From assembly GCA_902574475.1 (NCBI GenBank), contig CACGNZ010000001.1:61416-125415 (forward strand): a stretch of 64,000 bases of DNA, written 5' to 3'. The DNA is from an uncultured Alphaproteobacteria bacterium (lineage in GTDB: Bacteria > Pseudomonadota > Alphaproteobacteria > HIMB59 > GCA-002718135). Position 1 is the first letter of the stretch; the number at the start of each line of letters is the position of its first letter. The notes below the pieces were generated by a model. It was not told the DNA's origin, made no database searches, and worked only from the letters and a program-made list of their open reading frames with translations. Shown one piece after another: positions 1 through 9,768 of this stretch. The position numbers and the translations under genes were made by a program.

Positions 1-1170
1 AACTCCAGCGCCAACTGTTCTTCCACCTTCTCTAATTGCAAATTTTAGACCTTTGTCCATTGCTATTGGAGATAAAAGAGTAACTTCCATAGCAATATTA
101 TCGCCAGGCATTACCATTTCAGTTCCTTCTGGTAGCTTAATAGTTCCAGTTACATCAGTTGTTCTAAAGTAAAATTGAGGTCTATAGTTAGAAAAGAATG
201 GAGTATGTCTTCCACCCTCTTCTTTTTTCAAGACATATGCTTCTGCTTTAAATTTTGTATGAGGTTTTATTGAACCAGGTTTTGCTAAAACTTGACCACG
301 TTCAACTTCTTCTCTTTTAGTACCACGAAGAAGTACACCCACGTTGTCTCCTGCTTCACCAGAGTCTAGAAGCTTTCTAAACATCTCAACACCTGTACAA
401 GTTGTTTTTTGAGGCTCTCTTATTCCTAAGATTTCAATTTCCTCTCCAACCTTAACTTGACCTTGTTCAATTCTTCCAGTTACAACGGTACCTCTACCAG
501 AAATTGAAAAAACATCCTCAACAGGCATTAAGAAAGGCTGATCAACAGGTCGACTTGGCTGTGGTATGTGTTCGTCAACCGCTTTCATTAATTCCATAAT
601 TGAATTTTTACCAATTTCGTCATCTCTACCTTCTAAGGCTGCTAAAGCTGAACCCTTAATGATTGGGATAGTATCACCAGGGAATTCATAAGATGTTAGA
701 AGCTCTCTTATTTCCATTTCAACAAGGTCAATCAACTCCTTATCATCAACTTGATCAACTTTGTTCATGTATACAACAAGCGCAGGTACGCCTACCTGTC
801 TTGCTAAAAGTATGTGTTCTCTTGTTTGAGGCATTGGTCCATCAGCTGCATTAACAACTAAGATACCTCCATCCATTTGGGCTGCGCCAGTGATCATGTT
901 TTTAACATAATCAGCGTGTCCAGGACAGTCAACGTGAGCATAGTGTCTCGATTCTGTTTCGTATTCAACGTGTGCCGTTGAAATAGTAATTCCACGCTCT
1001 CTTTCTTCAGGTGCTTTATCTATGTTTGCATAATCTGTAAATTCTGCTCCACCTGACTCAGCTAATATTTTTGTTATAGCAGCAGTTAATGTTGTTTTAC
1101 CATGATCAACGTGACCAACAGTTCCTATGTTACAATGCGGTTTGTTTCTTTCGAATTTTGCTTTAGCCAT
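1..1170 (-). CDS. tuf: Elongation factor Tu (3' end runs off the window)
   Basis: Not in the ORF track. Hand translation from ATG at 1168-1170 gives [32 protein letters not shown]...RGITI...[15 protein letters not shown]...NKVD...[11 protein letters not shown], open to position 1. Confidence 0.99.
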   Translation of the reverse strand, partial: MAKAKFERNKPHCNIGTVGHVDHGKTTLTAAITKILAESGGAEFTDYANIDKAPEERERGITISTAHVEYETESRHYAHVDCPGHADYVKNMITGAAQMDGGILVVNAADGPMPQTREHILLARQVGVPALVVYMNKVDQVDDKELIDLVEMEIRELLTSYEFPGDTIPIIKGSALAALEGRDDEIGKNSIMELMKAVDEHIPQPSRPVDQPFLMPVEDVFSISGRGTVVTGRIEQGQVKVGEEIEILGIREPQKTTCTGVEMFRKLLDSGEAGDNVGVLLRGTKREEVERGQVLAKPGSIKPHTKFKAEAYVLKKEEGGRHTPFFSNYRPQFYFRTTDVTGTIKLPEGTEMVMPGDNIAMEVTLLSPIAMDKGLKFAIREGGRTVGAGV

Positions 1171-1198
1171 TTTTTTTTACCCCAATAATTTTTTGTTA

Positions 1199-1272
1199 TG
1201 GAGCGGGTGAAGGGAATCGAACCCTCGTAGCCAGCTTGGAAGGCTGGAGCTTTACCACTAAGCTACACCCGC
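1199..1272 (-). tRNA. tRNA-Gly (TCC)
   Basis: Reverse complement GCGGGTGTAGCTTAGTGGTAAAGCTCCAGCCTTCCAAGCTGGCTACGAGGGTTCGATTCCCTTCACCCGCTCCA: cloverleaf, anticodon TCC, encoded CCA. Confidence 0.97.
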
Positions 1273-1330
1273 AACTAAACTGACTGCTTCACACACTCAC
1301 TTTAATGCTTTCATCCCATTACCTCCATAA

Positions 1331-1416
1331 TGGTGGAGGGGGTAGGATTCGAACCTACGTACGCTCACGCGGGCGGATTTACAGTCCGCTGCCTTTAACC
1401 ACTCGACCACCCCTCC
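1331..1416 (-). tRNA. tRNA-Tyr (GTA)
   Basis: Reverse complement GGAGGGGTGGTCGAGTGGTTAAAGGCAGCGGACTGTAAATCCGCCCGCGTGAGCGTACGTAGGTTCGAATCCTACCCCCTCCACCA: long variable arm, anticodon GTA, CCA. Confidence 0.97.
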
Positions 1417-1431
1417 GTTTGAAGAAATTGG

Positions 1432-1461
1432 CCAATACTAATAAATTAGTATATATGTCAA
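1432..1461 (-). promoter_or_regulatory. Putative sigma70 promoter of the tRNA-Tyr/tRNA-Gly/tuf transcript
   Basis: Perfect TTGACA at 1461-1456 on the minus strand, followed by TAGTATTGG 15-18 nt downstream, just ahead of tRNA-Tyr. Confidence 0.5.
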
Positions 1462-1586
1462 TCTAAAACAGCAACATCACCCTTGCAAAATACGTATACT
1501 CGTAAAAGCAAAAGGCTTTTAGACAAAAAATGCTATTTTGTACATATCTAGATTGTATTAATTGGATAAATCTGTGATATTAAATC

Positions 1587-2348
1587 ATGAGTAAGTATAG
1601 AATTAATAAAACTAATAAAAATCAAGGAATTCAGACAATTTTTGGTCAACATTCTGTTAAAGCAGCCATCCAAAATGATAAAAGAGTGCAAATTGAGCTT
1701 ATAATAAGTAAAAATCAGATAGATTTTGCTAAAAAATATGAATCTAAGATACAAAAAATTACTATTCTTCCTCAAAATGAATTTATAAGAAGATTTGGAA
1801 ATGAGAATGCTACTCAGGGCGTAGTTTTAAAAACAAAAGATTTTTCTAGACCAAGTTTAGAAGAATTTGTGAAAGTAGAAAGTAAAAAATCAAAATCAGT
1901 CATTTTAATTTTAGATCAAGTAACTGATCCGCAAAATATTGGTTCAATAATGAGATCGTGTGCTCTATTTAATTGTGCAGGAATTATTGTTGGAAAAGAT
2001 AATTCACCAGAATTAACATCATCGTTATATAAATCTGCATCTGGAGCTGCAGAAATAGTAAATTATATTAGAGTAACAAATATTAGAAGAGCAATTTCTT
2101 TCCTAAAAAAAAATAATTATTGGGTCTATGGCTTTGACAGTACAGACGGTAAAAATTCAAGATTAAATTTTTCAGAAAAATCAGTATTGGTTTTTGGTTC
2201 AGAAGGAAAAGGTATTAGAGAATTAATAAAAAAAGAATGTGATGAATTAATGCAAATTAAAATGAAAGATAATTTAAAATTTGAAATTGATAGTTTAAAT
2301 GTTTCTAATGCAACATCAATCGCTTTGTATCAATTTTATTCAAGCTAG
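1587..2348 (+). CDS. rlmB: 23S rRNA (Gm2251) 2'-O-methyltransferase, TrmH/SpoU family
   Basis: SPOUT motifs LDQVTDPQNIGSIMRS, VFGSEGKGIR, SLNVSNA; usual position divergent from tRNA-Tyr/Gly-tuf. Confidence 0.92.
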   Translation: MSKYRINKTNKNQGIQTIFGQHSVKAAIQNDKRVQIELIISKNQIDFAKKYESKIQKITILPQNEFIRRFGNENATQGVVLKTKDFSRPSLEEFVKVESKKSKSVILILDQVTDPQNIGSIMRSCALFNCAGIIVGKDNSPELTSSLYKSASGAAEIVNYIRVTNIRRAISFLKKNNYWVYGFDSTDGKNSRLNFSEKSVLVFGSEGKGIRELIKKECDELMQIKMKDNLKFEIDSLNVSNATSIALYQFYSS

Positions 2349-2362
2349 ACATCATTTGGAAG

Positions 2363-2438
<76 letters not shown>

Positions 2439-2488
2439 ACTAAAATTGCATTTATATTAAATTACAAATTCGACAAGAAATTTATAAA

Positions 2489-2611
2489 TTAAATTCCAGG
2501 AATATAAGGAACTCCATCACCTTTAACTCTTTCATTTATTTCACTTAATGTAGAGCAAGCAGTGATTGGACTAAATACAAGAAATAATATTATTAAAGTT
2601 TTTTTTATCAT
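2489..2611 (-). CDS. Small putative lipoprotein (40 aa)
   Basis: Start moved to ATG at 2611, 7 nt after the FDH alpha stop. MIKKTLIILFLVFSPITAC-STLSEINERVKGDGVPYIPGI has a basic N-terminus, hydrophobic core and lipobox-like ITAC. Confidence 0.6.
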   Translation of the reverse strand: MIKKTLIILFLVFSPITACSTLSEINERVKGDGVPYIPGI

Positions 2612-2618
2612 TAAATAT

Positions 2619-5372
2619 TTATAGCTTTTCAATTTTTGCAGCACAATATTTAAATTCAGGAATTTTTCCATACGGATCTAAAGCTGGGTTAGTTAAAAGA
2701 TTAGCGGCAGATTCATTATAACAAAATGGAATAAAGATAACTCCATCGGGAATCGCCCTATCTTGTCTTACTCTAATATGGATAGATCCTCTTCTAGTTG
2801 ATACTTTAATTTTATCACCAGCTTTCATATTATTTTTTAATATATCCCTAGGTGAAATTGAAACTGAAGGTTCTGGTTCGATAGCATCTAAATTTGATGC
2901 CTTTCTAGTCATGGCTCCAGTATGCCAATGCTCTAGTTGCCTTCCTGTAGTTAGTATCATCGCAAATTCTTTATTAGGCACTTCATCTGGTGCAGTAACA
3001 CTAGCTGGAACAAATTTACCTTTACCATTTTCATTTGGAAATTTATCACCAAAAACAATTTCATCCCCTGGTGAAGTTGGAGACTTACTTGGATAAGTTA
3101 CAGAGTTTTCATTTTCTAATCTTTCCCAAGAGATATTGTTTAATGAAGGCATTGTTAGTGACATTTCTTCATAAATTTCCTTGGGATGTTTATATTTCCA
3201 ATTTAAACCCATTCTTTTTCCAAGTTCGTTCGTTATCCACCAATCTTCTTTAGCTTCACCTGGAGAGTCTAAAGCTTTTCTTCCCATCTGTACTTGTCTA
3301 TTAGTATTAGTAACTGTTCCATTTTTTTCAGGCCATGCCGAAGCTGGAAAAATAACATCCGCATATGTTGCTGTTTCAGTTAAAAAAATATCTTGAACAA
3401 CTAAATGGTCTAACATTTGTAGAGCTTCTCTTGCATGATTAAGATCAGGGTCGGACATTGCTGGATTTTCACCAAGTATATACATCCCTTTAATTATATT
3501 CTCGTGAATAGCATCCATAATTTCAACAACAGTTAGACCTTTTTTATCATCTAAATGAGTGTTCCAAAATTTTTCAAAAAAATCTTTATTATTATCTTTA
3601 TCAACTAATTGGTAATCAGGATACATCATTGGTATAAGACCGGCATCAGACGCTCCTTGAACATTATTTTGTCCTCTTAAAGGATGTAAACCAGAACCTC
3701 TTTTTCCAACATTCCCTGTCATTAAAGCTAGAGAAATTAAACATCTAGCATTGTCAGTACCATGTGTGTGTTGAGAAATCCCCATCCCCCAAAAAATTAT
3801 TCCTTTATTTGTATTGGCATATAAGCGTGCTACTTCTCTTATAAGTTCTGGATCGATACCTGTTTCATTTTCCATTATATCAGGTGAATAATTCATTAAA
3901 TGTTTTCTTAATTTTTCAAATCCTTCAGTTTGTTTTTTAATATATTCGGAATTAAATAAATTTTCTTCAACAATAACATTCATTATTGAATTTAAGAGAG
4001 CAACGTCAGATCCTGGTTTAAATTGCAACATATGAGTTGCATATTTTTTTAAGGAATGACCTCTAGGATCCATCACAATTAATTTAGAACCCTTTTTAGC
4101 AGCATTCTTAAAAAAAGTTGCTGCTACTGGATGGTTTTCAGTAGGATTTGCTCCAATGACTATTATCACATCAGAATGTTCAACTTCATAGAATGGAGCA
4201 GTAACAGCTCCTGAACCAATAGTTTCCAATAAAGCTGCTACAGAAGAAGCATGACAAAGTCTTGTACAATGATCAACATTATTTGTATTAAAACCAGTTC
4301 TGATTAATTTTTGAAATAAATAAGCTTCTTCATTTGAACATTTAGCTGATCCAAAACCTGCAAGATTGCTCTTACCATTTCTTTCTTTATTAAGTTTTAA
4401 AAATCCTTGTGCAGCATAATCTAGAGCTTCATCCCAAGATGCTTCTCTAAAATATTCATGAATATTTGAAAAATTAATACTTGGGTGTAAATCTTTTGGT
4501 TTATCTTTAATTCTAATCAATGGCTTTGTAAGTCTTTCTGGATTATTTACATAATCAAAACCAAACCTTCCTTTTACACATAATCTATTCTTGTTTGCGG
4601 GACCATCAACGCCATTTACGTATTTAATTCTATTATCTTTTACATTGTATTCTATCTGACAACCCACACCACAATAAGGACAAACGCTATCAATTTTTTT
4701 ATCTACCTTACTATGGCCAACACCATCTTTATCTACAATCGATGCTGGCATTAATGCTCCAGTTGGACAAGCCTGTACACATTCACCACATGCCACGCAT
4801 GTGCTATCACCCATTGGATCATCAAAATCGAATACAATTTTAGAATTTTCTCCTCGATATGCCATTCCAATGACATCATTGACCTGAACTTCTCTACATG
4901 CTCTTACACAAAGATTACATTGTATGCATGCATCTAGATTTACAGCCATACTAGGATGAGAAACATCTGCCTTACATGAAGTTTTTTTTGGAAATCTACT
5001 TTCTTTAACTTCAATTTTTTCTATCCATTTCCAAAAGTCAGAATTATTATCATGGGCAATTTCTTTTTTTGGCTGATCTGCTAGAAGTAATTCAAAAACT
5101 AACTCTCTAGATTTTTTAGCCTTTTCTGAAGAAGTTTTTACTTTCATACTATCAGTTGGCTTTCTAATACAAGAAGCTGCCAACACACGCTCTCCTTCAA
5201 TTTCAACCATACATGCTCTACAATTTCCATCTGCTCTATAGCCAGGTTTATCGGAATAACATAAATGTGGGATTTCTGTTCCAAGTCTATTTGCAACTTG
5301 CCAAATAGTTTCATCAGCATTTGCTTCAACTAACTTTTCGTTTAAATAAAATTTTGTTTTCTCTTTAGTCAT
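2619..5372 (-). CDS. fdhF: NAD-dependent formate dehydrogenase alpha subunit (Mo/W-bis-MGD, Cys ligand)
   Basis: N-terminal [2Fe-2S] (HLC...GNCRAC...SC), two [4Fe-4S] motifs (CIQCNLCVRAC, CVACGECVQACP), CPYCGVGC...LCVKGRFG, active site NNVDHCTRLCHASS, LRGQNNVQG, C-terminal PEFKYCA. Confidence 0.96.
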   Translation of the reverse strand: MTKEKTKFYLNEKLVEANADETIWQVANRLGTEIPHLCYSDKPGYRADGNCRACMVEIEGERVLAASCIRKPTDSMKVKTSSEKAKKSRELVFELLLADQPKKEIAHDNNSDFWKWIEKIEVKESRFPKKTSCKADVSHPSMAVNLDACIQCNLCVRACREVQVNDVIGMAYRGENSKIVFDFDDPMGDSTCVACGECVQACPTGALMPASIVDKDGVGHSKVDKKIDSVCPYCGVGCQIEYNVKDNRIKYVNGVDGPANKNRLCVKGRFGFDYVNNPERLTKPLIRIKDKPKDLHPSINFSNIHEYFREASWDEALDYAAQGFLKLNKERNGKSNLAGFGSAKCSNEEAYLFQKLIRTGFNTNNVDHCTRLCHASSVAALLETIGSGAVTAPFYEVEHSDVIIVIGANPTENHPVAATFFKNAAKKGSKLIVMDPRGHSLKKYATHMLQFKPGSDVALLNSIMNVIVEENLFNSEYIKKQTEGFEKLRKHLMNYSPDIMENETGIDPELIREVARLYANTNKGIIFWGMGISQHTHGTDNARCLISLALMTGNVGKRGSGLHPLRGQNNVQGASDAGLIPMMYPDYQLVDKDNNKDFFEKFWNTHLDDKKGLTVVEIMDAIHENIIKGMYILGENPAMSDPDLNHAREALQMLDHLVVQDIFLTETATYADVIFPASAWPEKNGTVTNTNRQVQMGRKALDSPGEAKEDWWITNELGKRMGLNWKYKHPKEIYEEMSLTMPSLNNISWERLENENSVTYPSKSPTSPGDEIVFGDKFPNENGKGKFVPASVTAPDEVPNKEFAMILTTGRQLEHWHTGAMTRKASNLDAIEPEPSVSISPRDILKNNMKAGDKIKVSTRRGSIHIRVRQDRAIPDGVIFIPFCYNESAANLLTNPALDPYGKIPEFKYCAAKIEKL

Positions 5373-7068
5373 AAGTTATTTCATTGCTAAAATATTTTAA
5401 AACAGAATTTAATGGGTTTGTTGCAGCCTGCCCTAAACCACATATCGATGCTTGAGCCATAACTTCACTTAAATCTTTTAATTTTTCCTTGTTCCAATTT
5501 TTTTCTTGCATTAATTTTACAGTTTTCTCTGTACCAGAACGGCATGGTGTACATTGACCACAACTTTCCTCTTCAAAAAATTTAAGTAAATTAAGTGCAA
5601 CATCTTTCATACTATCATGATGCGATAATACAACTACTGCCGCTGAACCTAAAAAACATCCAGCATCCATCAATTCTTTCGATCCATAATCAAGTGGAAT
5701 ATCATTCATAGTAGCGGGCAGAATACCGCCAGATGCACCTCCAGGAAGATATCCTTTAAAAGTATGTCCATCTGCCATACCATCACAATACTCATCAATT
5801 AATTGTTGAATTGTTATACCGGCTGGGGCAACTTTTACTCCTGGGTTCTTTACTCTTCCAGATACTGAAAAACTATGAAAACCTTTATTTCCACTGACCC
5901 CCTTTTCAGCAAACCACTTTGCTCCTTTTTCAATTATATCTCTTACCCAAAAAAGAGTTTCTAAATTATTTGTTAAAGTAGGACATCCAAATAAACCAAT
6001 TTCAGCCACATAAGGCGGTCTATGCCTTGGCAATCCTCTCTTGCCTTCAATACTTTCTATCATTGCTGACTCTTCTCCACAAATATATGCTCCTGCCCCT
6101 CTTCTTACTATGAAAAAGTCTTTTGGAATTATTTCTTCATCTTGCATTTTATTTATTTCATCAAGTAAAATTTTTATAACTGTTGGATATTCATCTCTCA
6201 TATAAATGTAAACTTTTTCAGCATTTATGAAATAAGAGGCAATTAAAGCTCCTTCTAAAAATCTATGTGGATCACTTTCTAAATATGACCTATCTTTAAA
6301 TGTTCCAGGTTCACCTTCATCACCATTAACAGCAACATATTTTTTACCATTGTAATTTGAAACAATTTCCCATTTTTTTCCTGTAGGAAATCCAGCACCA
6401 CCCTTACCTTTCAATCCGCTTTGATTTAATAAATCCAAAACTTGTTTTTTTGAGATCACACCATTTTTTATTTTGTTCGCAATTTCATAACCGCCATTTT
6501 TTTTATAAGAAGATAAATTTATATAATCTGGAATGAAGGGTTCAAAACTTTTTTCATCGATTGTTTTTTTAACTTTATCAAAATTAGCCACATCAACATA
6601 ATTTTTTCCAACACAAACAGTAGGAGCAACATTGCACCTTCCCATGCATGGCCCAGGTACAACTTTTATATTTTTATTTTCTAATTTTTTTATATCTTGG
6701 AGTAATTTATGTGCGCCAAATATTTCACAAGTTAAACTTTCACAAACCCTTACAACATTTACTGGGTTATAATCTTTACTATCTTTGACAATATTAAAGT
6801 GAGCATAAAAAGTTGCGACTTCATAAATTTCAGAAAGTGGTAAGTTAGTAATAGTTGATAAAGCTACCAGATGCTTATCGTACAAAACACCAAATTTATC
6901 TTGTAAAATATGCAAATATTCTATTAATTCATCTCGCTTAAATATTAATCCTGAAAACAATTTGTAAACTTCATCTAAATATTTATCTTCGACTTGTCTT
7001 CCTTTTGGAGTCCAACGTCTTTTCTTCTTTTTTAAAGAAGTTTCAGTTTGAGAAACAAATTTATCCAT
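5365..7068 (-). CDS. Formate dehydrogenase beta (diaphorase) subunit, fused NuoE-like + NuoF-like domains
   Basis: EVATFYAHF and VCESLTC...CMGRC ([2Fe-2S]); GKGGAGFPTG, NGDEGEPGTFKDR, GAGAYICGEESA (FMN/NAD); ESCGQCTPCR...SICGLG ([4Fe-4S]). Overlaps the alpha start. Confidence 0.93.
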   Translation of the reverse strand: MDKFVSQTETSLKKKKRRWTPKGRQVEDKYLDEVYKLFSGLIFKRDELIEYLHILQDKFGVLYDKHLVALSTITNLPLSEIYEVATFYAHFNIVKDSKDYNPVNVVRVCESLTCEIFGAHKLLQDIKKLENKNIKVVPGPCMGRCNVAPTVCVGKNYVDVANFDKVKKTIDEKSFEPFIPDYINLSSYKKNGGYEIANKIKNGVISKKQVLDLLNQSGLKGKGGAGFPTGKKWEIVSNYNGKKYVAVNGDEGEPGTFKDRSYLESDPHRFLEGALIASYFINAEKVYIYMRDEYPTVIKILLDEINKMQDEEIIPKDFFIVRRGAGAYICGEESAMIESIEGKRGLPRHRPPYVAEIGLFGCPTLTNNLETLFWVRDIIEKGAKWFAEKGVSGNKGFHSFSVSGRVKNPGVKVAPAGITIQQLIDEYCDGMADGHTFKGYLPGGASGGILPATMNDIPLDYGSKELMDAGCFLGSAAVVVLSHHDSMKDVALNLLKFFEEESCGQCTPCRSGTEKTVKLMQEKNWNKEKLKDLSEVMAQASICGLGQAATNPLNSVLKYFSNEITYD

Positions 7069-7108
7069 TCCAATTAATATTATACTATATATTAAGTATC
7101 AGAAAACT

Positions 7109-7360
7109 ATGAAAGATTCAGTTGAAAATGAAGAATTAGTTCTTGATACTAGTGGTACAGAATGTCCTATACCAGTGCTTAAAGCTAGGAAACTTGCTTC
7201 AGAATTAAACAAAGATACAATTATTAAAATTATTGCAACTGATCCTTTGGCTGAAGCAGACTTTGAACATTATTGTGATCAGTCCAACTATGAATATTTA
7301 AGTTGTGAAAAAATTAAAGATAAAATTGTAATTCGTTATAGATTTAAAATTAAAAATTAA
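7109..7360 (+). CDS. tusA: TusA/SirA family sulfur carrier
   Basis: LDTSGTECPIPVLKARK (CPxP motif), ATDPLAEAD. Confidence 0.9.
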   Translation: MKDSVENEELVLDTSGTECPIPVLKARKLASELNKDTIIKIIATDPLAEADFEHYCDQSNYEYLSCEKIKDKIVIRYRFKIKN

Positions 7361-8571
7361 AATAAACTTTCATAATTAAAAAAATCAAATATGTCTCCTT
7401 TGTTAACTTGAGAAACATTTTCATCAATTTCAATTATACCATCTGAATAGGATATAGAACTAATCATGCCAGAACCTTGTTTAGGAAATTTATTTGCAAT
7501 ATTTTTATTATTTATAGTTTCTTTATTTACGCGTAACCATTCCATTCTTTTTGTTTTTTTCTTCATAGAAAAATTTGCTGTAATTTTACTTGAAGATGGT
7601 AGCTTAAAATTTCCACCAGATAGTTTTTCTATTAATGGTTTTACTAACATTGCATATAGTAATTGAACAGAAACTGGATTACCTGGTAAGCAAATTATGT
7701 AGCACTTATTTATTTTTCCAACTGCAATTGGTCTTCCTGGTTTTATTGCTGCCCTCCAAAAATATACCTTACCTAATTCAGATAAAACTTTGATTAAATG
7801 ATCTTCATCACCAACAGATGCGCCACCAGCAGTTATTATTACATTAAATTTTTTTGAAGTATTAAAAATTTTTTTTTTAATAGATTTAAAATTATCTTTG
7901 AGATTTCCACAATATTTTTTTTCTATAAAATTCTTATCAAGTAAATTATTTAAACTATAATAATTTGAATTATTAATTTCAGAATTTTTTAAATTTTTAG
8001 TTGGTTTTCGTAATTCATTACCACTTGTAAAGAAACCAATTTTAATTTTTTTAAATACTTTTATTTTACTAATACCAGTAGCAGCAATTAAATTTATATT
8101 TTGTTGATTTAATTTAGACCCCTTTTCCAATATTTTTTGGTTTTTTTTTATATCTTCACCCTTTAATCTATAATTATCTCCAAATTTTGGAATTTTAATT
8201 AAATGAATTTTGTTTCCTTTCTTGTATGTATTTTCCTGCATAACTATAGTTGATGAATTCGAAGGCATTTTTGCTCCAGTAAAAATTCTAATTGCTTCGC
8301 CAGGTTTTACTTTTATATTTTTGTTGTCTCCAGCAGCTATTCGTCTGTTACAAAAAAAAATTTTTTTTGTTTTTAAATCTGCATTTAAAATAGCATAACC
8401 GTCTACAGCAGAATTATTAAAAGGAGGTAAATTAATTTTACTTTTTATATTTTCATAAAGAAATCTATCCTCTGAATTTTCTAAATTAACTTTTTCAGAA
8501 TTAAAAATTACAATCTTTTGTTTTTTAAATAAATTAACAATTTGTTTTTTAGTTAGAGGTGATTTATTCAT
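7357..8571 (-). CDS. moeA: Molybdopterin molybdotransferase
   Basis: PPFNNSAVDGYA, RIFTGA, TSGNEL, GGASVGDED, KPGRP, LPGNPVS. Confidence 0.95.
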   Translation of the reverse strand: MNKSPLTKKQIVNLFKKQKIVIFNSEKVNLENSEDRFLYENIKSKINLPPFNNSAVDGYAILNADLKTKKIFFCNRRIAAGDNKNIKVKPGEAIRIFTGAKMPSNSSTIVMQENTYKKGNKIHLIKIPKFGDNYRLKGEDIKKNQKILEKGSKLNQQNINLIAATGISKIKVFKKIKIGFFTSGNELRKPTKNLKNSEINNSNYYSLNNLLDKNFIEKKYCGNLKDNFKSIKKKIFNTSKKFNVIITAGGASVGDEDHLIKVLSELGKVYFWRAAIKPGRPIAVGKINKCYIICLPGNPVSVQLLYAMLVKPLIEKLSGGNFKLPSSSKITANFSMKKKTKRMEWLRVNKETINNKNIANKFPKQGSGMISSISYSDGIIEIDENVSQVNKGDIFDFFNYESLF

Positions 8572-9053
8572 TAAAATTCTCTCAAAATAAAATCGACTAT
8601 ATTATCAATTTCGTCATTCTTAAAAATTCTCAAGTCAGTTTCAAGTTTATTATTTGTAATAATAGCTTTTATATTTTTAATTTTGCTGAATAAGTAATTA
8701 TCATTATCATTTTTAATTATTTCAATTTTTGGGTGATTTTCATTTTTAAACCCTTCCACTATTACAATATCAATTTCTGAAAGTTGATTAATTAATTCAT
8801 CTAATGTTTTTTCTTTTGAATTGTTTAGCTCTGATATTTTAACCCATCGCTTCGATGAACTAACTATTACTTGAGAAGATCCCGCTAATCTATGCTTAAA
8901 GCTATCTGTATTCTCATGATCTATTTCAAATTCGTGATGTGCATGTTTAATTGAAGCAACACGAAAATTTTTAGAGCTAAGTTTATTTATAATTTTAGTT
9001 GCAATAGTCGTTTTCCCTGAGTCCTTCCAGCCAACAATTCCTACAATTTTCAT
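8571..9053 (-). CDS. mobB: Molybdopterin-guanine dinucleotide biosynthesis protein B
   Basis: GWKDSGKTT, IKHAHH, DSFKHRLAG, VIVEGFK. Confidence 0.95.
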   Translation of the reverse strand: MKIVGIVGWKDSGKTTIATKIINKLSSKNFRVASIKHAHHEFEIDHENTDSFKHRLAGSSQVIVSSSKRWVKISELNNSKEKTLDELINQLSEIDIVIVEGFKNENHPKIEIIKNDNDNYLFSKIKNIKAIITNNKLETDLRIFKNDEIDNIVDFILREF

Positions 9054-9742
9054 TTAATAGATCTATTATTTAATAAATATACAAGAGAGTAAATAATTAT
9101 TGTTATTGATATTAAAACTAAACCTAATGCCATAGCGTATTCTAAATTTCCCATTCTAGTTTCTAACGATATAGCAGTTGTCATTACTCGTGTATAATGA
9201 TCAATATTACCACCCACAATCATAACTGCACCAACTTCTGAAATTGCTCTTCCAAAAGCAGATAATAATGTTGTTATTAATAAAAAATAACTATGGTTAA
9301 ATAAAAGTTTTACAGAACCCCAAAAAGGAATATTTAATGATCTTATCTGATCTTTAAATTCAAACCAATTTTTAGAAAATATCTCATGAGATAATGAAGC
9401 AATTATTGGAAAAATTATTATAGTTTGAGCAATAATCATCGCAGAAGGTGTGTATAGAAGCTGTAAGATACCTAAAGGACCACCAGATGCAAAAATAAAA
9501 TAAACAATTAAACCAACTACAACTGGAGGAATTCCCATCAATGAGTTAATGATTATTAAAATAATTTTTTTGAAATAAAAATTATAAATTGCAAAATAAT
9601 ACCCTACTACAAATCCCAATAATGAAGCAATAATTAGAGCAGTAAAACTTACAAATAAAGATAAAAGTATAATGTCCCATAGTTCATTATCTAAAGTAAT
9701 AATTAATAGTATGGAATTTGAGAAAATTTCTAATATGTTCAT
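9050..9742 (-). CDS. tupB: Tungstate ABC transporter permease (TupB-like)
   Basis: NSLMGIPPVVVGLIVY, GPLG..QLLYTPSAMIIAQ, AFGRAISEVGAVMIVGGNI..TRVMTTAISLET, typical of TupB. Confidence 0.85.
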   Translation of the reverse strand: MNILEIFSNSILLIITLDNELWDIILLSLFVSFTALIIASLLGFVVGYYFAIYNFYFKKIILIIINSLMGIPPVVVGLIVYFIFASGGPLGILQLLYTPSAMIIAQTIIIFPIIASLSHEIFSKNWFEFKDQIRSLNIPFWGSVKLLFNHSYFLLITTLLSAFGRAISEVGAVMIVGGNIDHYTRVMTTAISLETRMGNLEYAMALGLVLISITIIIYSLVYLLNNRSIK

Positions 9743-9768
9743 TTATATTATTAGTATAATTACAACAT

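Noticed and set aside
4250..4280. Possible selenocysteine in FDH alpha
   Set aside because: The active site reads CTRLCH with a Cys codon, there is no in-frame TGA, and no sel genes are in the window.
5365..7068. nuoE/nuoF of respiratory complex I
   Set aside because: It is a fused E+F protein overlapping the FDH alpha gene with no other nuo genes, so it is the FDH diaphorase subunit.
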